Part shown: piece by piece, positions 44,079 through 56,600 of the stretch | How positions within the stretch are numbered: position 1 is the first letter of the stretch | Layout of the letters: each line of letters begins with the position of its first letter | NCBI GenBank assembly: GCA_951406725.2 | Contig: OX597818.1 | Span: 134,912,001-134,976,000, forward strand | Direction of reading: 5' to 3' | Length of the DNA: 64,000 nucleotides | Source: Octopus vulgaris | Taxonomy: Eukaryota | The notes under the pieces: generated by a model | The model's database searches: none | What the model saw: the letters and a program-made list of their open reading frames with translations, nothing else | Told to the model about the DNA's origin: nothing | Program-made: the position numbers and the translations under genes

Positions 44079-44227
44079 TTACCATCGTCCACTTAAACTT
44101 CCCATGTCCACTCTTGGATTGTTCATCCATGCAGTAGCCTCGTTTTCCTGAAACGAGTTGTTTGAGTTTATTGCTGTCGATGCCGTTATTGCTGTTGTCG
44201 TAAGTTGGGGTTTCATGTGATTCAACT
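44079..44227 (-). CDS. BICC1: BicC terminal coding exon (ELNHMKPQ...SLSGRW*)
   Basis: ttgtcag acceptor, phase 1, TAA stop; conserved SGRW end. Confidence 0.92.
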
Positions 44228-45112
44228 CTGACAAAAGAAGATTGTACAATAGAATTATAAAAAACTAGCAGTATCGCCCGGCGTTGCTCGGGTTTGTAAG
44301 TGAAATAACTATATAAGCATTTTTAGAGAGTTACTTCTCTTATATAACCCGAGCAAAAATCATTAAAAATGCGGAAAAATGATGGTAAATTTTTTTTTTA
44401 AATCGTAGACTCATCGTAGATGTGCGCTAATACCCAGAAGGGCTCGATATGAATGACGACTATAAGATGCCCGGTTTTGGTTAAACTGCACCCCAAAATG
44501 TGGGAGTAGTTAGGAATCTAAATCGGAGGAGACAGAGTCTCACACATACAACTTCAATTTTATATACAAAGATTATGAAATAGGTTTTTAAAAGATGGGA
44601 TTTTGGGGGATTGTAACATTCATAACGGAAGCGAATGGTATAAATTTTGGCAAGAAATTCAATTAAATTATCAAACTATTTAAAAACTTTTGGAAACAAA
44701 GTAAAATGTTAATAAATAGGTATTTTTATCACTTTGGTTTGTCAGGAAAATTCATTTGTATTTTCCCATTTATTTTAATCCTTTTTGGTGTTACTTGAAT
44801 TAACATGAAAAATATTTTTATCGTATTTTGTGGTGCTCTATTCTTCCTCTACAACTTTTGTCTAAGGCTAAACAACTATGATGCCAGCCATTATCTATTC
44901 TGTCATTCATTCTACTATGTTGTTAGGCGTAGGAGTGGCTGTGTGGTAAGTAGCTTGCTTACCAGCCACATGGTTCCGGGTTCAGTCCCACTGTGTGGCA
45001 CCTTGGGCAAGTGACTTCTACTATAGCCTTGGGCTGACCAAAGCCTTGTGAATGGATTTGGTAGATGGAAACTGAAAGAAGCTCGTCGTATATATGTGTG
45101 TGTGTGTGTATA

Positions 45113-45143
<31 letters not shown>

Positions 45144-48100
45144 GCATGCATGCATGTGTGTTTACGTCCCCGTAACTTAGCGGTTCGGCAAAAGAGACCG
45201 ATAGAATAAGTACTAGGCTTACAAAGAATAAGTCCTGAGGTCGATTTGCTTGACTAAAGGCGGTGCTCCAGCATGGCTGCTGTCAAATGACTGAAACAAG
45301 TAAAAAGAGTAAATAAGGACTGCTCTAACTTCGAAGTTCAGCCATTATCATTAGGAAGGGGTTCCAGCAGTGAATAACTTTATTTAGATGTCTATAGATG
45401 TGTCTCACATGTAAAAACTACCCAAGCCTTGATGATATTTGTATTCTTTATTTTTATTGTATAGTCTGAAGAGGAAGGACAGCAACCTCGACCAGTTTTA
45501 GGGTCTTCGAAACTGGTGGGAGCTTTAAATTGTCCCCAAACTGGGAATTTGGCCTGAATACAATGGAGTAAACCTTGCTAGTGGAGGCGCAATGGCCCAG
45601 TGGTTAGGGCAGCAGACTCGCGGTCATAGGATTGCGGTTTCGATTCCCAGACCGGGCATTGTGAGTGTTTATTGAGCAAAAACACCCAAAAGCTCCACGA
45701 GGCTCCGGCAGGGGATGGTGATGATCCCTGCTGTACTCTTTCACCACAACTTTCTCTCACTCTTACTTCCTGTTTCTGTTGTACCTGTATTTCAAAGGGC
45801 TGGCCTTGTCACTCTCTGTGTCACGCTGAATATCCCCGAGAACTACGTTAAGGGTACACGTGTCTGTAGAGTGCTCAGCCACTTACACGTTAATTTCATG
45901 AGCAGGCTGTTCCGTTGATTCGGATCAACCGGAACCCTCGTCGTCGTAACTGACGGAGTGCTTCCTATATATATATCCTCCCTATAAACCTTGCTAAAGG
46001 TAGCCTAGAACCAGGTGGTAGTGACACACAAAAACAGTAGAAATCATCACAAAAGAGTAAACTCACCTGTAATAGCCAGCAACATTTTCTTGCGTGCTCC
46101 AAAAGTGGAGATACCCAGCATGCGTAAGTCATTGTCATTCATTGTTCTAAAAGTAGGAAGATCAATCTGAAAAATTAAAAATTCTGGGTCAGAACTGGAT
46201 TTTTCTCAGTCTGTGAGTATTTTATCATTTTGTTATAAACTCACTTTAAGTTAACAACTAAAGACCAATAGCTAGATACTTTCCTATTATCAACAACCAA
46301 TATTTTTTATTTATGAAAAGATTAGTAAATTACACTCTTGAGACTAGTGTAATAGTTGATCAGCAGACTTTCAAAATAACTATCATGACAGCACACACTC
46401 CATCGGGCAGGTGGCTCTGCTCGATCTGTAGGAAAGGCATAGGTAGAAACTCCATAAGATGCACCCAATGTAAGCTATGGACACATAAGAGGTGCAGCAA
46501 CATCAAAGGGAAATTAACTGATAAAATAGCTTTCATGTGCGGCAGATGCACAGGAGCAATAGACACTACAGATACTCAGAAAACAGATTCCATCACACTC
46601 CAGGGGGAGAAACTAGAAGTAGTCGATAGTTTCCGCTACCTGGGTGACCAAGTTAGTTGTGGGGGTGGATGCTCAGAGAGTGTCACCACTAGAATACGAA
46701 TAGCCTGGGCAAAGTTTAGAAAGCTCCTACCCCTACTGGCGACAAAGGGTCTCTCACTCAGAGTGATGATGATCTCATGGAGTAAAGTATCAGTAAAATT
46801 CTACTGGTAAAGAACACAGAACTGGAGGGCAAAAATGTAGAAAAAAAATTTAAATGTTTTGAACAAAAAGTTCTTGCACTTTTCCTTCTCCATGGGGTAG
46901 GCAGACTTTTGGAATAGCTATTACTATCAACTATTACACCCAGCTCACAAGTGTAATAGTTTATTTACTAATCTTTTAGTAATTAAAAAATTGGCTGTTG
47001 ATAATAGGAAAGTACCACCATTTGATTATAGAGACATAATGTAAGAGTCCATGATTGATGATCCCAAGCAAATATTCTTAGTACTGTTTTAAGGTAGGTG
47101 AAGATGTAAAACCTAATGTCTTCTATCCCTGTGAGGAACAGTGATCCAAGATATTATTAGTTTTGTAAGACATTGTATCAGATACTAGTTGATTCAAGCT
47201 TAGCCTATGTCATGAGCCAGGGATTAGCTGTTTCAAGGCCTATAAGTGAATGAGATTGCAACAATCCCACCTGAACAGGACACTAGTCTGTTGCAGAGTT
47301 CTGCTGAAGTTGACTTTGCCTTTTATCCTTTCAGGGTCAATAAAATAAAGTACCAGTTAAAAATTGACTTAATCCCTTAACCTGAAATTGATGTGTACCA
47401 AAATTTGAAACCAATATTTAGAATTAAATGCTAATGGTAATATATTATCAACGTATTTCTTTTCACTAAAAAGTGTTCCCTTTTAAACTGAGGGAAGAAT
47501 TTGTATCTATGTCTGTACACAGGCAGAAGACCCAACATTGTAAATAATAGGGAGTTGTTGGGGTGGATATGGTTTTGATGTATTTATTTATTCTCTCAAA
47601 CTGTGTAATGTTAGGAGAGAGAGAGAGAAAAAAAAGCCCCCGTTGATATGTTCTTTGTTAATCTTCAAGTCCATTATTTTTTACCAAACTGCATTAGAAA
47701 CTTAGTTTTTCATTACCTCTTGCTGCTGAAAAATATCTGTATATTTGCCAAGTCCTAATTTGCTGAATAACTCAGCCAGATCTGTTTCAGATGACCAAGC
47801 CAATACCTTTGTGGGGAGAGTTGCACTATCTGCATGGTTGCTATTACTTAGACCAAATTCAACTGAAAAATAAACATGGGAAGGAAATTAAGTGAATATA
47901 TACAAAAACACAAATATATACAAAAATATATATACAAAAAAAAGTAAGGCGGCGAGCTGGCAGAAACGTTAGCACGCCGGGCGAAATGCGTAGCCATATT
48001 TGCTCTGCCGTTACGTTCTGAGTTCAAATTCCGCCGAGGTCGACTTTGCCTTTCATCCTTTCGGGGTCGATAAATTAAGTACCAGTTACGCACTGCGGTC

Positions 48101-49418
48101 GATGAAATCGATTTAATCCGTTTGTCTGTCCTTGTTTGTCCCCTCTGTGTTTAGCCCCTTGTGGGTAGTAAAGAAACATATACAAAAACACATGCAAACA
48201 CACACACATATATACATTTATTTTTGAGGCTTGCTTTTCATGCTAGCATGAATTAGATAAGTATATTATTTAAGGCATTGCTTTATAGCTGGATTCTCTT
48301 TCTGTCACTAAAGTTTACCTGCATCTCAAGAAAGGGATCTCTTATACCACAAGTTATCGAAGGAGCAAAGTTGATGGACAGCTTGTTGACAATAGCATCA
48401 ACCCATAACTGAGGGATAGTCAAAGATGGGCAAATGTAAACAAATGCACAGACAAACACACATGCTTGTACATTCTCTCTCTCTCTCTCACACACACACA
48501 CATACACTCGTTTCTGTTTACCAAATCCACTGTCAAGGCTTTGGTCAGCCCAAGGTTCTTAGTAGTATGCACTTGTCTAAGATTCTGTACAATAGGACTA
48601 GTGGAGGCGCAATGGCCCAGTGGTTAGGGCAGCGGACTCGCGGTTTCGATTCCCAGACCGGGTGTTGTGAGGCTCCGGCAGGGGTTGGTGGTGATCTCTG
48701 CTGTACTCTTTCACCACAACTTTCTCTCACTCTTACTTCCTGTTTCTGTTGTACCTGTATTTCAAAGGGCCGGCCTTGTCACTCTCTGTGTCACGCTGAA
48801 TATCCCCGAGAACTACGTTAAGGGTACACGCGTCTGTGGAGTGCTCAGTCACTTACACGTTAATTTCACAAGCAGGCTGTTCCATTGATTCGGATCAACC
48901 GGAACCCTCGTCGTCGTAACCGACGGAGTGCTTCCATCCATCACAATAGGACTGAACCCTGAAAATAACTTTTCTTATTCATCAAGAACTGCAAAGCTGA
49001 AAACATCCACAAGGAGTTTTAATGATGGATAAACTTCACTGCATCATTCATTATGTGTTACAGTAAAGAGTGTGATGTGAAGGACCAGGTTAGCAAAAAT
49101 AAGTATTCTACTAGAATTACATAAAAGTGAATTTCACCTTATGCATTATAGACATATTAAATCACTAAAATTCTACTGTCTTAAACTATGTGTGTGTGTG
49201 TGTGTGTGTGCACACACTCTTTTACTCGTTTCAGTCATTTTGACTGCGGCCATGCTGGAGCACCGCCTTTAGTCGAGCAAATCGACCCCGGGACTTATTC
49301 TTTGTAAGCCCAGTACTTATTCTATCGGTCTCTTATGCCGAACTGTTAAGTGATGGAGACGTAAACACACCAGCATCGGTTGTCAAGCAATGCTAGGGGG
49401 ACAAACACAGACACACAA

Positions 49419-49455
<37 letters not shown>

Positions 49456-51634
49456 CACGACAGGCTTCTTTCAGTTTCCGTCTACCAAATCCACTCACAA
49501 GGCTTTGGTCGGCCCGAGGCTATAGCAGAAGACACTTGCCCAAGGTGCCATGCAGTGGGACTGAACCCGGAACCATGTGGTTGGTTAGCAAGCTACTTAC
49601 CACACAGCTACTCCTACGCCTTGCACACAGAAATTTTTATGTATGTATATAATGGGCAATAGAACATTAGGAAGATTATAGGATGAATAAGTTATACTTT
49701 ACTACTGTTAGCCTATGCCACCATGGGAAAATATATATTAAAATGATGAGGATAATGGGTTGTATTTCTCAACCATTTTTGCTTGCATAATTAACACAAC
49801 TACAATAATAGGATGGAGTAAAATTAAGACTTACATCTCTTTTTAGGACTGGAATATTCCCACAATGGTGTGGGCATTTGAGTATTTAAAGCTTTTGTAG
49901 AATCCTTCCAAGGATCACGATTAACTTCTGGAAAATCTGTCATATTTTGCTATGAAAAGAAGAAAGAAAACTTCTGTCTAGTCTAATCATATGAAAAGAT
50001 GGAACAAAGAACAAATTTCGATAAGTTTAACCCTTTAGTGTTCAGATTATTCTATCAAACATAATGCTTATTGATTCCCATTGATTTGAATTAATCATGC
50101 ATTATCTCATATCTTCAAGATGTTGATGGTGTAATTACTTAATATAGAATAACATTGTAGGGTAGGTGTGAGAGCCTGGATCTGCTCAGTTTGAACATAA
50201 AACAGATTAACTATTTTGGCTGGATATGGCTGGTTTAAATACTAAAGGGTTAAACCACAAAATAAATTGTTTTTTAATTGATTGATTGAACAATTTAATT
50301 TGAAAACATTTGTTTTTCATGTAAGGAAGATATTTGGAAGAAAAATAAACATAAATAATGTGAAATGTTGCAATTTCTTTTTATTGTACCAATATTTGTA
50401 GATTATGTCAGTATACCAGTTATCATGATTTCTAAAATGGGGTCTGGTTATTCTAATAGAATATAAGGCATGCTGAAGATGATAGTTATATCTTGTCTGA
50501 CTACTCCTACATAGTAAAGTAGGTTTATCTACCTTATTTCACACAACCTACAATACTACAATGAGCCCTCAACTTCTGATAGGAGCACCATCATGACATA
50601 CAACAAGTCTTGAACTTTTAAAAATCTGGCAAAGGTCCAGTCGTCTCTAGAGAGGACTGGACCTTCAGTCCTCTCTAGAGACGACTGGACTTTGCCAGAT
50701 GGTTTTCCCAGAGAGACAGACAAACAGTTGGAGGAGGGGGGGGGGTAAAACAATTCCAGTACTGAGCTGGTGCTTTATTGACCTGAAAGGAAGGAAGGGA
50801 AGAAGGAAAATTTTATCTCAGCAAATTTGGATTCAGAGTAGATGGAGCTGGAATAACTATCACAAGGTATTGTATCTGATGGGCGGCAGGCTGGCAGAAA
50901 CGTTAGCACGACGGGTGAAATGCGTAGCCGTATTTTGTCTGCCGTTACGTTCTGAGTTCGAATTCCGCCGAGATCGACTTTGCCTTTCATCCTTTCAGGG
51001 TCGATAAATTAAGTACCAGTTACACACTGGGGTCGATGTAATCGACTTAATACCTATGTCTGTCCTTGTTTGTCCCCTCTGTGTTTAGCCCCTTGTGGGT
51101 AGTAAAGAAATAGGTATTGTATCTGATGCTCTAGCGACTCGGCCAGTTTACCACATATAATGACAATATATGACTAAATTCAGAATTAATACAATTTCTA
51201 TTTAGTCTGTCTTCATTTCTTTCATTGATTTCAGCCACTTAATAGAGGCCATGCTGGGGAGCTGGTTACAAGGTTTTTAGTTGATTATGCTGACACTAAT
51301 ACTTTATCTGGCATTTAGTGGATCTGATAAGGGACAAAAAAATCTAGTTAACATTGGTATAAAGCGACATGACTTATACAGAACTAAAACTTTATTTTTG
51401 TTCAATGCATTTCCTTCCTCTCTGGCTGTCTACCAAATTTCACTTAGAAGGAAACCCTTCATCTCAGACCATAGTAGACGACACTTGCCTAAAGTACTTT
51501 GCAGAAGGATTATACACAGAACAAAGGAGCTGCAAAATTAACATTGTAACCATGTGGCCATTTAAAAATAAAATATTAGAAATTTACTTGTTAATTAAAT
51601 GAAATGTGAGAAGCCTTATTATTTTTACTATTAT

Positions 51635-51680
<46 letters not shown>

Positions 51681-53653
51681 GGGTGGTGGGTTAGCAGAGT
51701 CATTAGAGTGTCAAGCTGCCTTGTAGTAATTATGGCCTTTTATGAGTTGAACATTTATAGATCAGTGTCCACAAAAAGACCTGGGCAGAGTGAATGTTCT
51801 GGAAGAAAAAGACAGGTCAAACGTTTCGTTTGTTGGTATGTGTGTGAACACAGCATGGTTGGCAGGGAGAGGAAAGAGAAAGATAGGTGGGTGGAAGGAG
51901 TATGTAGTTGAGAAGCTGTTGCTATAGTGATATAAGAAAAAGAGGGGGAACTGCATTAGAGTAGTTTTATTAATAGAACAAAAGAATCTTATTCTTCAGA
52001 ACTGAAGAGAAACAAATGAAACAATTAGAAAGTAATTAAATTGAATAATTAATTATATAAAAAGCAATTAAAGTAGACTTACTGGGTAGGAAGGAGTTAT
52101 GAGATTATAGTCACTGTAGTTTGATGTGCTTTGTCCAAGACGATTCCGAATAACCGATTCTGGTAAAGACTTTGAGAATCCCATGCCAGACCAAGTGTTG
52201 GTTGGAACCCTAGACTCGCCAACTGGTTTCTTTTGCATTGCTAATAAAAAAAATAGAAGAAACAAGATCATGAGAGACAGCAGGCTCTTCATTTGAAGTT
52301 ATATTTGGGTTTAACAGATTTTAACTAATAACTGTTTATCATAGTTTTAAAACAGGTACACTAAATCCTTGCATGATGTTAGACATGACTTGCCAAAAAC
52401 ATTGCCTAAAACGAAAAGAAAGAAACCCCATGCTAGCATAGAAAATCACATACAATCTCCAAAAAGACAATGACATTGATGAAAATAAAAACTTAGGTTT
52501 AAAATTTTCTGACTTTTCAAGGTTACAGTTATCACATCAAGTTTACCCTCTCATACTAAGAAATAAGAAATTTATTAATTCTTAAGTTCTGCTTCTTGAA
52601 AAACATGTAGCATTTATCCACCCTCTTTCCAACAACAACCTTGAGTATCTTTTTGAATTCCATATATCTAACACCAGTGGATATGCTTGCAAAATCAAAA
52701 AACAATACAGCACCCATAACTTTTGGAAACATTTTTTTATGCTGGATATTGCTGAAGCATGAAATAAAATACCTGCACTAGTTGTTAGCTGATGGGGCAC
52801 TACATCCTTCAAAACTTTTATGGTTCCTGAAACTCACCAACAGTACCCCCTGATGCCACCCACCCCACACTTTTCCTTTTAAACAACTCATCCATTGTTC
52901 ACTTCCCGTGTATATGGTATGTATTGTACACGTTTTTTCAAAAACATTCTTTTTTATTGTGTGTTAACTTTAGTAAGAATGCAAATGAAATTGTATAGAA
53001 AGGTGGGTACTATTCTGAATGAACAAATTTTAAGGGGAACAATTAACTATTTACTATTCTAGTAACAAAAAATCAAAAACAAAAGAGATAACCACAAATT
53101 TTAAATTAAGTTACATATGGAATATAGTCGGGGTTAAGTTTAATCTTTAAGAAAATGGTGACAACTTTGGGAATGTTTCGGTGGAGCTATAGCTAAAGTA
53201 GGATTACAAAATAATAGAAACAACCAGAGATGTAGGATTTTTGCAAATGAATACAGAACGACATTAATAAATAGCGAAGTCAAGGAAAACAACTCATTGT
53301 AGTTGAATTACTTCCCTTGGTATTTCTTTTAACTATAATCCTTGCCATGTGTAAATTATTGAAGCACAATCGTAACTATAAACAAATTATTTAAAAGTAA
53401 GGCCTGTAGGGCGAGAGTCTGGAGTTAAAATATGTAAAATATTTTTGATACTTTTTTCAGTGAAATGAATTTAATGTCATATTTTAAAAATTTATAAAGA
53501 CTTTTTTCAAAGAGGTCACTTTCACAAATGACCTTCTTTGAAAGTGTTCCATGCTCGTTACCGAAACCTTTTCCAAAACTAAAGTTTTATTTCTAAATGT
53601 CATTTCTGATGTTACACAGTTTATCTTGTCCAGTGGTGACTTTATTAGATATC

Positions 53654-53698
<45 letters not shown>

Positions 53699-56600
53699 TA
53701 ATCCAAACATGAAAGCACAAAGAGAAAACAACAACGCGAGGACGTGGAACAAATATAGTATTATTGGACACTTAGGAAAGAAGGAGGGTTTAACGTTTCG
53801 AGCGGAGCTCTTCGTCAGAAACATACGAGAAGGAAAGATCCAGAGAAGGGATGACAGAGGAAAAAATATCGACAACGATTCACACGCGGTCACACACACA
53901 CTTTATTAAAAAGTAGCAAAAATATCACGAAAACTGTTACTCAGAGTTTCATGTTCCTGTGATATTTTTAAAACCGTCCGACGAACGGGAACGTGAAACT
54001 CTGAGTAACAGTATTCGTGATATTTTTGCTGCTATTTTTTCCACCTTGTTTTGCATTTATGTGCTTCCTCTGGTGAGTGTGTGTATGTATATATGTGTGT
54101 GTGCTCTTTAAGGCAGTGAATTGACAGAATTGTTAGCACATTGAGCAAAATGCTTAGCAACAATTCACCCATATTTACATTCTAAGTTCAAATTCTGTCA
54201 AGGTTGACTTTGCATCTTAACCTTTCAGAGTTGATGAAATATACCAGTTAAGCACTGGAGTCAATGTAACTAACTCATCCTATCTCATCAAATTTTAGGC
54301 ATTGTGCCTATAGTAGAAAGGATATATTTGAGCTTTTGTCTGCCAAGTACAAAACATGGATTCAAATATTTTCCAGAGATGAGAATCTGATTTTATGGAG
54401 GGGTTTCATAGTTTTCCCAATAATTGTTTATCCAAAGTTCTTTTGTTTGGTGTTTTCCAATGAGAAGTCTTTTGAGTGGGAGACTTCTTCTAATTTCATC
54501 AATGTTATAATATTAATAACAGTTCTATGGACAAGTTTATATATAGAATCTATATAGAATCTATAAACGCAGGAGTGGCTGTGTGGTAAGTAGCTTGTTT
54601 ACCAACCACATGGTTCTGGGTTCAGTCCCACTGAGTGGCACCTTGGGCAAGTGTCTTCTACTATAGCCTCGGGCCGACCAAAGCCTTGTGAGTGGATTTG
54701 GTAGACGGAAACTGAAAGAAGCCCGTTGTATATATGTATATATATATATATATATATGTGTGTGTTTGTGTGTCTGTGTTTGTTCCCCTAGCATTGCTTG
54801 ACAACTGATGCTGGTGTGTTTACGTCCCCGTCACTTTGCGGTTTGGCAAAAAGAGACCGATAGAATAAGTACTGGGCTTACAAAAGAATAAGTCCCGGGG
54901 TCGATTTGCTCGACTAAAGGCGGTGCTCCAGCATGGCCGCAGTCAAATGACTGAAACAAGTAAAAGAGAGAAAGAGAGATAGTCTCTGCCTCTTGTGTTC
55001 ACATGTGTGTGAGTGCATGCATGAGAGAGAGAGAGAGAAAGAAAGAGGGAGATAATGAAAAAGATATGTGTTAATGAAAAGAAATGTTTGAATTGAAAAG
55101 TCATTTTAAAAATTTTTTATAGGCATGAACTGAAAAACGAAGTATTGCATATTTCTTTACCTTTCGTAGCTAATAATTTCCTGTGTTCGTAATCAACATC
55201 AGTTGTTTGTTGAAGACTGGAGTTATTTGGAAAGAAACCATTACCACTTGTGGCACATTTCTTCCTTTCACTTCCTGGGGCCCATTTATCAGATCCTTCA
55301 GAGTCATTGCCAGATTCAGATGATCGTTCACTACTGAAATTAGAATCAGTTTAAGTAAACAAGTCAGAATTTATTTTGAAAAAAACACAACATTAGTTTT
55401 TCTGAGGGAAGATTTGAAGGAAGACTTTATGCCATCATCATCACTTAACATCCACTTCTCTATACTTTCATAGGTGATACAGAGTTTATTGAGGTTGATT
55501 TTTCTATGACTGGATGCCTTTCCTGTCACCAAACCTCACATGTTTCCAAAGCAAAGTAATATTTTCCCATGGCCAGACATACTTTTCATGGAAGACTGGA
55601 AACAAACAACATTATTTGTATGACAATGATGCTCTTATGCAACCATTACATGATGTCAAGGCAAGAGTACAAATACACAACTGAGACAGTATTAAATTAA
55701 AACAGCCATCTATGCATCATACTTAATGTATTCACACTCAATAGGCCAGTTACAGCAGTATTTGTCCTGAGAGAACATCTCTTATAGACTTGGATTTGCT
55801 GTGTTAAAAAAAAAATATCGGGGAGAAAAGAAAATTCTCCCCAACAGTGACCAGCAAGGGTGCCAGATGTGTCTCAACCTTTTTGAGCCTTTTCACATGG
55901 TTAAACAAGAATCCATCATGTCTGATATAGGGAAGAGTAAATGTTTAAACAGAAATAATTAATACATTATTCACATTCAAAGGATATTTGTCCTCATCTT
56001 GTTTGTTGTTAACACAACGTTTTGGCTGATATGCCCTTCAGCCTTCTTCAGGTGTGTTGGGGAAATTTCAAACCTGGGTTCTCATTCCTAAGGTATTTTT
56101 CAATATTATTATTATTATTATTATTGTTGTTGTTGTTATTGGAAACTAAAAGAAGCAGCACATATGCTAGGACACAACAACCTCCTAAGCAGACCAAGTG
56201 CAGATATGAGCAGCATATGGGAAGGATAGAAAAATATCAGATTTATAAGCCCTAAAATTCACTCCATAATTGCCCATGGGCATATGGCGTAGTGGTTAAG
56301 AGCACGGGCTACTAATCCCAAGATTCCGAACAATAATAATAATAACCCAGATTCAAAATTTCCCCAACACACCTGAAAAAGGTCAGAAGGTATATCAGCC
56401 GACTCGTTACGTTAACAACAAACAAGATGAGAATAAATATCTGTTGAATGTAAATAATGTACATAAATCCTCATCTCTTAAATATAGAACAAAAATAATT
56501 AATGTTGATGATAGCAGCTATTAAAAAATAACCTTAGTATATAAAACAGAGTTTGTGTGCGTATGTTCCTTATAGATTCAAAAACTTAGTTGCTGATTTT

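Noticed and set aside
53505-53543. Short hairpin ttcaaagaggtca...tgaccttctttgaa
   Set aside because: 13-bp stem with a bulge; too short to separate from background in this window
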